A DNA stretch of 28,833 nt from a virus (IMGVR_UViG_3300049140_000061:1-28833); one strand, 5' to 3'. Shown: positions 1-8,458, counted from the stretch's first letter. The notes: generated by a model not told the origin, from the sequence alone. A program made the numbers and translations.

Positions 1-603
1 CCCCCGAACCCGGCCCCCACACCGCAGTTCACCCAGGAAGACCTCGACCGCATCGCGGCCAAGGAGAAGGCCCAGGGACAGCGGGCCGGCGCCCGCCAGG
101 CCCTCGAAGAGATGGCCAAGGACCTCGGCTTCACCAACCCCGACGACGTCAAGGCGTTCGTTGCGGCCGCCCGCAAGGCCGAGGACGCCAAGAAGAGCGA
201 AGAGCAGAAGCGGCAGGAGGAACTCGACCGCCGCGAGCAGGAACTCGCCGCCCGCGAGTCCGCCGCCGTCGCCCGCGAACGGGCCGCGATCCGCACCTCC
301 GTCCTCGCCCAGCTCGGCGCCACCGGCACCGACCTGGAAGACGCCCTCGCCCTCCTCGAACGGGACCTGCGCTCCACCCCCGACGCTGACGAGGACGCCG
401 TGCGCACCGCAGCCCAGGCCCTCAAGGAGCGCCGCGGAGCCCTGTTCGGCACCGCACCCGCACCGACACACGGGCAGATGCCCCCGGCCCCCGGCGGATC
501 CCCGGCCGGCGGGCCCCCACCGCGCCAGGCACCCACAGCCAAGCCCGGAGACCGCGGCCGCGAAATGGCCCGAATCCGCGGACACAACCGCAACGCCGCA
601 TAG
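1..603 (+). CDS. Capsid scaffolding protein (5'-truncated)
   Basis: The frame is open from base 1 (PPNPAPTPQFTQEDLDRIAAKEK...). It has an FTQEDLD motif typical of phage scaffolds, a charged coiled coil and a Pro-rich C-terminus, and lies directly upstream of the decoration and capsid genes. Confidence 0.8.
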   Translation, partial: PPNPAPTPQFTQEDLDRIAAKEKAQGQRAGARQALEEMAKDLGFTNPDDVKAFVAAARKAEDAKKSEEQKRQEELDRREQELAARESAAVARERAAIRTSVLAQLGATGTDLEDALALLERDLRSTPDADEDAVRTAAQALKERRGALFGTAPAPTHGQMPPAPGGSPAGGPPPRQAPTAKPGDRGREMARIRGHNRNAA

Positions 604-607
604 ACCT

Positions 608-627
608 CCCCGGCCTTAGGGCCGGGG
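608..627 (+). terminator. GC-rich hairpin after the scaffold gene
   Basis: CCCCGGCC-TTAG-GGCCGGGG, a perfect 8-bp stem just after the stop codon. Confidence 0.45.
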
Positions 628-709
628 CACGGGACCACGCCCTCTCCACGTGGACGCGCGCCAAGCGGCGCAGCTGTCACCGCACGCCGTTTTATGAGGA
701 GAGGCAGTC

Positions 710-1462
710 GTGAACGACTTCCAGCCCTACTCCTACACGGACAGCGTCACGGCCGACCGGCCCTGGCTCGCGTCCCTGGTAGGAGTCCAGGACACCAACA
801 CCATCAAGCTCGACCTGACCAAGTTCGTCCAGGGCACCCACTACGTGGTCTCGGCGAACCCGTTGCTTCAGGGCCGCAACGTCATGAAGTCCGGCATCCC
901 GCTGGGCAAGGTCACCGCGTCTGGCCTTTACGCCCCCTACTCGGGGCCGACGTCCGAGGTGCAGACGGTCACCGTCACCGGCTCGCCGACCGGCGGCACG
1001 TACACGCTGACGTTCTCCGGGCAGACCACCGCCGGGATCCCCTACAACGCCACCGCCGCGCAGGTGAAGACCGCGCTCGAGGGCCTCTCCAACGTGGACG
1101 TCGGTGACGTTCTCGTCTCCGGCGGACCGCACCCCGGCACGGCCGTCGTGGTCGCGTTCGCCGGCCAGTACCTCGGCGACGACCAGCCGCAGATGACGGC
1201 CTCCGCCGCGGGCCTGACCGGCGGCACCAGCCCCGCCGTCACCGTCACGACCACCACCGCAGGCGGATCCGCCACCGGCTCCGACGGAACCGAAGTCCTC
1301 CAGGGGTTCCTCGTCTCGGAGATCAGCTTCAACCCGGGCTCCACCGTGGCTGCCGGTGCGCTGCTCTGGTTCGGCGAGGTCTTCGCGGAACAGTGCCCGG
1401 TCCCGTTCGATCCGACTGACGTCGCCAGCACCGCGCCCGGCGTCAACATCCACTACCGGTAG
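710..1462 (+). CDS. Head decoration protein (lambda gpD-like) with an inserted domain
   Basis: SD GAGGAGAGG and GTG start. It has KSGIPLGKVTASGLYAPY and GFL motifs seen in actinophage decoration proteins and lies between scaffold and major capsid. Confidence 0.75.
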   Translation: MNDFQPYSYTDSVTADRPWLASLVGVQDTNTIKLDLTKFVQGTHYVVSANPLLQGRNVMKSGIPLGKVTASGLYAPYSGPTSEVQTVTVTGSPTGGTYTLTFSGQTTAGIPYNATAAQVKTALEGLSNVDVGDVLVSGGPHPGTAVVVAFAGQYLGDDQPQMTASAAGLTGGTSPAVTVTTTTAGGSATGSDGTEVLQGFLVSEISFNPGSTVAAGALLWFGEVFAEQCPVPFDPTDVASTAPGVNIHYR

Positions 1463-1476
1463 AGAAGGAGCAGACG

Positions 1477-2526
1477 ATGGAAGCTCTCGAGCTCCTTCTG
1501 CGCGACACCAACGACACCGACCTGACGGTGTTCGCCCGCGAGCTGGACACCCCCGCCAAGTACCGCCTCACCCGGGAGATCCTGCCCGAGCGGCGCATCC
1601 AGGGCGTCCGCTTCAAGACCACGTCCGCGAAGCGCCGCGTCAACGCCGCGAAGTTCCGCGCCTACGACGCGCCCACCGCGCTCGCCAAGCGGCAGGCGGA
1701 GCGGGTCGTCAACGAGGGCATGCTCCCGGCCCTCGGCCAGACCCTCCCCATCTCCGAGATGGACCAGATCCTCCTGGACGTCGGCCACGGCTCCGACACC
1801 CAGCGCTACCTCGACCTGCTCTACTCGGACGTCGAGCGGCACGTGGAGTCCATCCAGACCGCGCAGGAACTCGCTGCCGGCCAGCTCCTCGCCACGGGCA
1901 CGGTGAACCTGCCGGGCCTGGGCCTGGACGTCAACTGGAACGTACCGTCGGCGAACATGCCCACCGCCGGAGTGCTGTGGGACCAGCCGTCCGCGACCCC
2001 GCTGTCCGACGAGCGGGCCTGGATCGACTACCTCATCGACGACGGCGCACCCGAGCCGAAGATGGTCCTCACCTCCCGCCGGGCCCGCTCCATGCTGGCC
2101 TCCAGCGCCGAGTACCAGATGGCCTACTACGGGGCGAACAGCAGCAACAACCCCGCAACGACCTTGTCGCCGACCGAGGTCGACGCCGTCCGCGCCCGCT
2201 TCGGCCTCCCGCCGATCGTCATCTACGACGTGCAGGTGTGGAACGACGACACCTACCAGCGGGTCATCCCCGACAACAAGTGGATCCTGGTGCCGGACGT
2301 GCCCGCCTCCGAGTGGGCCGAGACCCAGTACGGCGTCACCCGCGAGGCCGCCAAGTTCACCTCCGGCACGAACCCGGCCCTCACCCGCGAAGAGGCCCCC
2401 GGAATCGTCGTCGTCACCAAGGTCGAGGACGACCCGGTGCAGATCTACACCCGCGGCGCCGCGATCGGCATGCCGGTTCTGTACGTGCCGGACATCCACA
2501 TCTCCGCGACCGTCCTCGGAGCGTGA
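1477..2526 (+). CDS. Major capsid protein (lambda gpE-like, HK97 fold)
   Basis: SD AAGGAG, 349 aa. Motifs AKFRAYDAPT, ELAAGQLLATG and DPVQIYTRGAAIGMPVL, strong codon bias and synteny support the call. Confidence 0.9.
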   Translation: MEALELLLRDTNDTDLTVFARELDTPAKYRLTREILPERRIQGVRFKTTSAKRRVNAAKFRAYDAPTALAKRQAERVVNEGMLPALGQTLPISEMDQILLDVGHGSDTQRYLDLLYSDVERHVESIQTAQELAAGQLLATGTVNLPGLGLDVNWNVPSANMPTAGVLWDQPSATPLSDERAWIDYLIDDGAPEPKMVLTSRRARSMLASSAEYQMAYYGANSSNNPATTLSPTEVDAVRARFGLPPIVIYDVQVWNDDTYQRVIPDNKWILVPDVPASEWAETQYGVTREAAKFTSGTNPALTREEAPGIVVVTKVEDDPVQIYTRGAAIGMPVLYVPDIHISATVLGA

Positions 2527-2531
2527 TCCGC

Positions 2532-2864
2532 ATGGCCAGGCTCATCAAGGCCGTGTTCGTCCGCGATCCCGAACGTCACCGCACTGTCCTGCTGAACGCG
2601 GGGGAGGAGCCGGAGCCGCGCCTTGCGGCCCTGGTCACCAACCCCGACGCGTGGGAGGACGGCAAGCCGCCCACCGAGGCGAAGGAGCCGAAGGCCGACG
2701 GCGACGCCGGCACCGACTCCGCCAAGGCCAGCGATAGCGACACGGACGGCAGCGCCGACAAGGAGGCCGCCCCGACGGCCAAGAAGACCGCCGCGCGTAA
2801 GACCGCGGCGACCGGCCGGTCCCGGGGCCGGGACGCCGCAGGCGAGGGCACCAGCGGCGAATAG
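2532..2864 (+). CDS. Small virion-associated protein following the capsid gene
   Basis: 110 aa, MARLIKAVFVRDP...LVTNPDAWE, followed by a low-complexity D/K/A tail. It is the 3' part of the 1356..2864 ORF. Confidence 0.7.
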   Translation: MARLIKAVFVRDPERHRTVLLNAGEEPEPRLAALVTNPDAWEDGKPPTEAKEPKADGDAGTDSAKASDSDTDGSADKEAAPTAKKTAARKTAATGRSRGRDAAGEGTSGE

Positions 2865-2868
2865 CGGC

Positions 2869-2915
2869 GTGCGGGCCCGCCCCACGGTGGGGGCGCCAAC
2901 AAGGCGGGCCCGCAC
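2869..2915 (+). terminator. Inverted repeat after the capsid module
   Basis: GTGCGGGCCCGCC (2869-2881) and GGCGGGCCCGCAC (2903-2915) form perfect 13-bp arms. Confidence 0.55.
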
Positions 2916-2954
2916 CCGCACCCCACCCTTCCCACCCACACCCTGGAGGTAGCC

Positions 2955-3287
2955 ATGGACACCGCCGTACGGGCATGGCTGCTCGCTCAACTCGGGGAAG
3001 CCACCCCCATCGCGGATCTCGAGGCCCGCTACACCCGCCTCGGCACCGCCCGCGCCGTCGCCCTCGAAGTCCTCCGCGGCCGGCTCGCCGCACTGCTCCA
3101 GCAGCCCGGCACCGTCAACGTGTCAGGCGTCGTCAGTGTCGCCTTCACCGAGAACATCAGGGCCTACGAACGGCAGATCGCCGCCCTCGAAGCCGGAGAG
3201 ATCACAGCCCCCGACGACCCCACCACACCCACGGAAGACGGCGCGGCGATCGGCTGGATCGTCCTGCACGAAAGGCCCCGGCGATGA
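2955..3287 (+). CDS. Probable head-to-tail adaptor / head completion protein
   Basis: SD GGAGG, 110 aa, helical with an SVSG-like beta hairpin, positioned after the capsid. Function is inferred from synteny. Confidence 0.55.
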   Translation: MDTAVRAWLLAQLGEATPIADLEARYTRLGTARAVALEVLRGRLAALLQQPGTVNVSGVVSVAFTENIRAYERQIAALEAGEITAPDDPTTPTEDGAAIGWIVLHERPRR

Positions 3288-4126
3288 CCACTCCGGTCCG
3301 GCGCCGCGGCCGCACCCTGCGCCAGCGTCTCCTCGGCTACATCACCGGCGCCGTCGACCGCCTCCGCTCCGCCTGGTCGATCCTCACCATCGCCCAAACT
3401 CGCCTGTTGAACGCCCTTGCTGCGATCCGGCCCGGCCGCACCGCCACCAGCAGCCGCCAGCTGCGCGCCGCGATCGCCACGTTCAACACGTCCCTGGCAG
3501 AGTTCAACCGCACCATCACGGCGTTCGCCGAACGCTGGGCCGCCACCGACCTGCCCCTCATCTACCGCGAAGGCGCCTGGACGCTCCTCGACAACGCCCT
3601 GCGGCCCACCACCCTGTTCCGCTGGACCGACCGGCACCGAGCGGCCGTCACCACGGCGTCCGCCCAGTACTACGCCGACCTCACCGGCCGCATCCAAGAG
3701 GCCCTGCGCCGAGCCCGTGCCTTCCTCCGCGCCGCCCAGGACATGGCCCGCAGCGACGCCGCCCGCTTCGACATCACCGCCCTACGCGACGCCCACCCCC
3801 TGGGCACGGTCGTCTACGCCAACAACGCCCGCCACCCCGTCGAATCGTGGGCCCGTGCCGCGATCACCTGGCAGGCCGTCACCGCTGCCAACACGGCGGC
3901 CGCACGCACCGCCCTCGACGAACTCGGCACCGAGTGGCTCGAGGTCCGAGACGGCCCGCAATGCGGATGGACCTCACACGAGGATCCCGACCGGGCCAAC
4001 CGGACACTGCGAACCGTCCAGGACGCCCTCGCCCACCCTTCCGCGCACCCGCACTGCCAAAGGGAGCTACTGCCCCGCCTGGACCTGATCGGCCGTACCG
4101 AGATCCGCTCTGGAGCCCTGCTGTGA
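3284..4126 (+). CDS. MuF / minor capsid-like head morphogenesis protein
   Basis: ATGA overlap with the previous gene, 280 aa. The C-terminus has EVRDGPQC...HPSAHPHCQR, the HPxC motif typical of MuF/minor capsid proteins. Confidence 0.65.
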   Translation: MTTPVRRRGRTLRQRLLGYITGAVDRLRSAWSILTIAQTRLLNALAAIRPGRTATSSRQLRAAIATFNTSLAEFNRTITAFAERWAATDLPLIYREGAWTLLDNALRPTTLFRWTDRHRAAVTTASAQYYADLTGRIQEALRRARAFLRAAQDMARSDAARFDITALRDAHPLGTVVYANNARHPVESWARAAITWQAVTAANTAAARTALDELGTEWLEVRDGPQCGWTSHEDPDRANRTLRTVQDALAHPSAHPHCQRELLPRLDLIGRTEIRSGALL

Positions 4127-4671
4127 CTTGCATCGACTACGACCTTGAGTTCCTGGAGGACGGCCGCCATATCGAGCTGATCTCCATTGGCATGGTGTGT
4201 GACGACGGCCGCGAGTACTACGCCATTAACCGCGACCTGCCTGTTCGGAAGATCCGCAAGCACAAGTGGCTGATGGAGAACGTCGTCCCGAGCCTGCCCA
4301 AGGGGCATGGAGATCGACGGAATCACGTCCCGCAGTCCTGGCTGTTCGACTACACCGATCCGCTCGTCAAGCGACGCGAGCGCATCGCCGACGAGGTCAT
4401 GGACTTCATCCGCAGCGCCGGGCCCGACGTGCAGCTGTGGGCCAACTACGGCGCCTATGACCACGTCGGCCTGGCCCAGCTCTGGGGCCGCATGATCGAC
4501 CTCCCCGAGGGCGTCCCCATGTTCACATGCGACATTCAGCAGGAACGCGCCCGTCTCGGACTGCGCTGGGACGAGCTGCCGCAGCAGGAGTCCGGAGAGC
4601 ACAACGCCCTCGCGGACGCCCGCCACAACCAGTTCGTGCGGCGCTGGCTTGCGGAGAGGTCGGCACAGTGA
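4123..4671 (+). CDS. DEDDh 3'-5' exonuclease, Rv2179c / RNase AS-like
   Basis: GTGA-coupled start. Motifs DYDLEFLEDG (ExoI), LISIGMVCDDGREYYA, WANYGAYDHV (ExoII) and HNALADARHN (ExoIII). Confidence 0.85.
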   Translation: MTCIDYDLEFLEDGRHIELISIGMVCDDGREYYAINRDLPVRKIRKHKWLMENVVPSLPKGHGDRRNHVPQSWLFDYTDPLVKRRERIADEVMDFIRSAGPDVQLWANYGAYDHVGLAQLWGRMIDLPEGVPMFTCDIQQERARLGLRWDELPQQESGEHNALADARHNQFVRRWLAERSAQ

Positions 4672-5291
4672 CCGACGCCCCCATCGCCTACACCGTCCAC
4701 GACGGGCACAGCAGACTGCCCGCCTGGCGGCGCAAGCTGATCGCCGCCTGGCTCACCGCCAACGACATCAACCCCGACGACGCCTGCGCTGACCACGCCA
4801 TCACCATCCTCACCGTGCCCTTCCGACCCGCGGAAACCGCCGACGAGGGTGGGCCGTGGCTGGTCCAGGTCATTGCACTGCACCAGTACTACGTGAACCG
4901 CCACGGCGCCAAAGAGCAGAACCTGATCACCCGCCAGCCGGTGACGTTCCAGCGCACCGTGCCGCTCAAAGTCTCCTTCCCGGCCGACCCCACGCCCGCC
5001 GAGGAAGGAACCCGCCATGGCGAAGAGCCGCAAGTCCAGCCTGTCGAAGAAGGCCAACGCCCGCCGCAACACCAAGGGCGGCCGGAAGAAGATGAGCAGC
5101 AAGCAGTTCGCCTTGCCGAAACAGAAGAAGTACAGGGTGGACGATCTGGCTCATGCTCGGAACGCGTTGGCGAGGGTCTCGGCTCACGGATCGCCGGCGC
5201 AGAAGAAGGCCGTCCGCAAGGCCGTGGTGCGCAAGTACCCGAGTCTGAAGAGGTCCAGCGGCGGCCGCAAGAAGAAGTAGGTGCCGAGTGA
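4668..5291 (+). CDS. Hypothetical protein with an acidic C-terminal extension
   Basis: GTGA-coupled at both ends (4668-4671 and 5288-5291). The N-terminal ~115 aa look globular; the C-terminus overlaps ORF 5017..5280. Confidence 0.6.
   Translation: MTDAPIAYTVHDGHSRLPAWRRKLIAAWLTANDINPDDACADHAITILTVPFRPAETADEGGPWLVQVIALHQYYVNRHGAKEQNLITRQPVTFQRTVPLKVSFPADPTPAEEGTRHGEEPQVQPVEEGQRPPQHQGRPEEDEQQAVRLAETEEVQGGRSGSCSERVGEGLGSRIAGAEEGRPQGRGAQVPESEEVQRRPQEEVGAE
5017..5280 (+). CDS. Small highly basic protein (DUF6582-like core), nested gene
   Basis: SD GAGGAAGGA before the ATG and good GC3 codons. About 30 K/R versus 2 D in 87 aa, with core FALPKQKKYRVDDLAHARNALARV. Confidence 0.7.
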   Translation: MAKSRKSSLSKKANARRNTKGGRKKMSSKQFALPKQKKYRVDDLAHARNALARVSAHGSPAQKKAVRKAVVRKYPSLKRSSGGRKKK

Positions 5292-5524
5292 CCGAGCAAC
5301 CCATCGGCCCGATTCTTGACGGGCTCGGCACCCTCATCGAGCTGGAGGACGGAGACCTGGTCGCCTCCGCCTTCGTCATCGCCAAGGTCATCGACAAGGA
5401 CGGTGAAGTCTCCCTGACTCTCGCCTCCAGCGAAGGCCTGTCATGGATCGACCAGAACGGGCTGCTCGCCTCCGCTCAGCAGATCGTGAGTCAGACCGGC
5501 GTGGAACGGAAGGGAGACGGATGA
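5288..5524 (+). CDS. Hypothetical protein
   Basis: 78 aa with good codon bias, coupled to both neighbours. Confidence 0.7.
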   Translation: MTEQPIGPILDGLGTLIELEDGDLVASAFVIAKVIDKDGEVSLTLASSEGLSWIDQNGLLASAQQIVSQTGVERKGDG

Positions 5525-5910
5525 GCACCCCCGACGATCCGCAGGCGCACGGCGTTCGCATCGACTCCCAGCTGGGCCACGCCACCATCGCCCTCGACGG
5601 CACCCCCGTGCCGCCCGGCACCATCACCGGCTACACCCTCCAGCACGACATTGCGGGCGGTGTTCTTCCGCTCGTCGTCCTGCACACCCGGCAGCCCGAC
5701 GGGGCCACCTTTGAGGGCCTGGCCCGGGTCGCGGTCGGCGTCACCAAAAGCCCCGGCGAGATCGTGGCCGCGTTCCTCGCCGAGGTCGACCCAGTACTGC
5801 TGGACCAGCAGGCGTTGAACCGGTCCGACTACGGCGGAGGCGAGGGCGCCACCGCGCGGGCCATGCTCGCCACGCTCACCGAATGGGCCACCGGCGGAGG
5901 AGGATCCTGA
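5521..5910 (+). CDS. Hypothetical protein
   Basis: ATGA overlap and SD AAGGGAG. 129 aa, MSTPDDPQAHG... Confidence 0.7.
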   Translation: MSTPDDPQAHGVRIDSQLGHATIALDGTPVPPGTITGYTLQHDIAGGVLPLVVLHTRQPDGATFEGLARVAVGVTKSPGEIVAAFLAEVDPVLLDQQALNRSDYGGGEGATARAMLATLTEWATGGGGS

Positions 5911-6350
5911 TGCCCGGCCTCGACCTGTCCGGCCTGCTCCCGGTCATTGAGGGCCTGATCCTCATGGACACGGTTCGTATCACCACCCCAGCCGCAGGCC
6001 CACCGGTATTCAACCCGGCAACGGGACAGTACGAAGTGCCGGAAGGGGTGCTGGTCTACGAGGGGATCGGGGCCGTGCAGAGCGCGTACACGGCCGACGT
6101 GACCGCCTCCACCCCGAACAGCAACTTGCCGTGGGTGTCGGAAACCCGCTCCCGGTACCGCATGTTCACCCCGCTGGCAGCTCCGATCGCTGCGAAGGAC
6201 ACCGTGGTCACCGTGGTCACCGTGCACGCGGGTGGGGACCTGTCCCTGCTCGGCCGGCAGTGGCGCGTGCAGGACCCGGCCATCGCCGGAACCCTCGGCG
6301 TCGTCCGTATCACGATGCTGGACCAGATCGCCGGTGCCGGGGAGGTGTGA
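5910..6350 (+). CDS. Head-to-tail stopper (DUF6093-like)
   Basis: TGATG overlap and SD GGAGGA. The MDTVRIT...FNPATG...VYEG pattern resembles actinophage stoppers. Confidence 0.7.
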   Translation: MPGLDLSGLLPVIEGLILMDTVRITTPAAGPPVFNPATGQYEVPEGVLVYEGIGAVQSAYTADVTASTPNSNLPWVSETRSRYRMFTPLAAPIAAKDTVVTVVTVHAGGDLSLLGRQWRVQDPAIAGTLGVVRITMLDQIAGAGEV

Positions 6351-6742
6351 TGGACCTGGATGACCTCGCGCCCCGTCTGGAGCGGTCCGCTGACCGTGTC
6401 GGTCCGGAGACGAACCGGACTGTGCAGCAGCAGGCCCGCCTCCTGCGCGCGCTGATTATGGAGAACGCGTCCGGCCGGCCCGGACCGAACGTCATCAGCG
6501 GCGACTACCGGGGCTCGTGGAAGCGTGAGCCGTTCCCTGTGCCTGATGGTGGCGGTGCGGAGGTCGGCACGAACGAGCCGCAGGGCCGGCGCCTGGAGTA
6601 CGGCTTCATGAACATGTACGACTCCCTGGGCCGCTTCTACCGGCAGCCCCCGTTCCCGCATGTGGGGCCCGCGGTGAACGAGCTGTCGGGCGACTACGAG
6701 CAGGCGTTCAAGGACGCCCTGGACCGGATCTTTGGAGGCTGA
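6350..6742 (+). CDS. HK97 gp10-like neck / tail completion protein
   Basis: TGATG overlap. Motifs SGDYRGSW, VGTNEPQGRRLEYG and PFPHVGPA. Confidence 0.8.
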   Translation: MDLDDLAPRLERSADRVGPETNRTVQQQARLLRALIMENASGRPGPNVISGDYRGSWKREPFPVPDGGGAEVGTNEPQGRRLEYGFMNMYDSLGRFYRQPPFPHVGPAVNELSGDYEQAFKDALDRIFGG

Positions 6743-6743
6743 C

Positions 6744-7217
6744 GTGATCGAGAGACTGCCCGTCACCGACGGCTTCACGGCGCTCCTGGCGACGCTCACC
6801 GGCCGGCCGGTAGGGCGCCGCACCATCCCCCTGGACGCGCAAGGGCACCCCGTGCCGCCGCCGTACACGATCCTCGACCCGCTCGACCGCCTCGACGACG
6901 ACAACACCCTGGCCGACAACAACAAAGCCATCGTCGTCGACTACCAGGCCACATTCGTATCCGGCCCGACCCCCGGAGTCCCCGACAGCCGGGGCGGTGA
7001 CGAACAGGCCCAGTGGATGGCCGATCGCGGCTGGAAGGTCGTGGAACGTCCCACGGACGGCAGCCCCGGATACGCGCACATCCTCAACGTGGGTGAAGAC
7101 GTGGCCTGCTGGCGGCGGGAGGCCAGGGAGGCCGGGGGAACACAAGACCCGAACGATGCCATCATCACCAGTGTGATCCGCTATCGGCTCTTCCTCGAGA
7201 AGCAGCCCACCGGCTGA
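6744..7217 (+). CDS. Probable tail terminator
   Basis: GTG start after SD GGAGG, PPYTIL motif, and the usual position just before the tail tube gene. Confidence 0.6.
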   Translation: MIERLPVTDGFTALLATLTGRPVGRRTIPLDAQGHPVPPPYTILDPLDRLDDDNTLADNNKAIVVDYQATFVSGPTPGVPDSRGGDEQAQWMADRGWKVVERPTDGSPGYAHILNVGEDVACWRREAREAGGTQDPNDAIITSVIRYRLFLEKQPTG

Positions 7218-7350
7218 CCTGTTCACAGGCAGCCGGCCTGTAGTACCGCACCGCGGCGGGACCCCACGCGGACGCCACCACTGGTGGCCGCCACACAGAC
7301 ACGTGTAGCAGGGGCCCCCACATCTCGGCCCCTATCCGCGAGGGGCACCC

Positions 7351-7821
7351 ATGGCAAGGTTCAACCGAAAAGGCCTGACGAAGATCTTCTACGTTCCGAC
7401 GATCGCGTCGACGTCACTGCTGCCGACCGCAGCCGAGATCACCGCAGGCACCGACTACACCGGCATGGTCAACGCGATCGACGGCTTCAGCCTCGAGAAC
7501 TCTCCGATCGAGACGCCCGACATGGCGTCCACGTTCGTTTCGAAGATCGGCGGCGACGACTCGGCGGCCGACAGCTCGCTGACGTTTTACGAGGACAGTA
7601 CGACCGACGACATCGAAACCGACCTGGCCAAGGGCACCAGCGGTTTCATCGTCATCTTCTCCAAGGGCAACGCCCCCTCCACCAAGGGGATGGACGTGTT
7701 CCCGGTGACGGTGGTCAGCAACTCCAAGGCATACACGACGGACAACGAGGCCGCGAAGATCACCGTCCAGTTCACGATCACGCAGCGCCCGGCGTTCAAC
7801 CAGACCGTCCCGTCGTCATAA
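7351..7821 (+). CDS. Major tail (tube) protein
   Basis: 156 aa, S/T/D-rich, with a PTAAEITAGTD motif. It is followed by the chaperone pair and tape measure; no sheath gene is present. Confidence 0.85.
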   Translation: MARFNRKGLTKIFYVPTIASTSLLPTAAEITAGTDYTGMVNAIDGFSLENSPIETPDMASTFVSKIGGDDSAADSSLTFYEDSTTDDIETDLAKGTSGFIVIFSKGNAPSTKGMDVFPVTVVSNSKAYTTDNEAAKITVQFTITQRPAFNQTVPSS

Positions 7822-7853
7822 CCCCGGCCTGGGCAGCAGAACACCCACCAGCC

Positions 7854-7906
7854 CCCGGCCGGGCCCGTGGCGTACACGGGAAGGGCGCCACGCGCGCCCG
7901 GCCGGG
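7854..7906 (+). terminator. Long hairpin after the tail tube gene
   Basis: CCCGGCCGGGC-C-CGTGGCG pairs with CGCCACG-CGC-GCCCGGCCGGG. Confidence 0.55.
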
Positions 7907-7927
7907 CCTTCCCCCTCGGAGACCCGA

Positions 7928-8458
7928 ATGAACAACGCCACCGCATGGGCCGAGAAGCAGAAGCGCCTCGACGGCATGGCCAAGCCCACCCGTGAGCTGA
8001 AGCTGTGCGACGACCCCGATGTCCGGGACCGCTACCAAGCGGCCAAGCAGGTAGCCGACCGCGCGCAGGAGTATCGGGACTCGCTGGCCAAGGACGCCGA
8101 CAAGGACGCCCGCGCCCTGGTGGAGAAGCAGCACAAAGAAGCCCAGGCGGAACTGAACACAGCCCAGGCCGAGTACGACGCCCACACCGTCGTCCTCACC
8201 TTCCAAGCCCTCGAACGCGGCCAGCTAGAAGACCTTCAGGCCGCGCATCCGGCCACCGAAGAAGACGAGGCGCTGGGCCGTGAATTCCACTTCGACACCT
8301 TCGCCCCCGAGCTGATCTCCGCCGCATCCGTCGACGGCATGCCCATCGAATACGCCGCCAACGCGATGAAGACCTGGACCCTGGCCGACTCCAACGACCT
8401 GTGGAACGCCGCCTGGTCCGTGCAGCAGCGCAAGCGGACCGACCTGGGAAAAGGCTGA
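7928..8458 (+). CDS. Tail assembly chaperone (gpG-like)
   Basis: 176 aa between tube and tape measure, ending at the slippery site (DLGKG*). Confidence 0.85.
   Translation: MNNATAWAEKQKRLDGMAKPTRELKLCDDPDVRDRYQAAKQVADRAQEYRDSLAKDADKDARALVEKQHKEAQAELNTAQAEYDAHTVVLTFQALERGQLEDLQAAHPATEEDEALGREFHFDTFAPELISAASVDGMPIEYAANAMKTWTLADSNDLWNAAWSVQQRKRTDLGKG
8446..8452 (+). promoter_or_regulatory. Programmed -1 ribosomal frameshift site G GGA AAA
   Basis: An X XXY YYZ heptamer in the correct phase just before the gpG stop. The -1 frame stays open to 8817. Confidence 0.85.
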
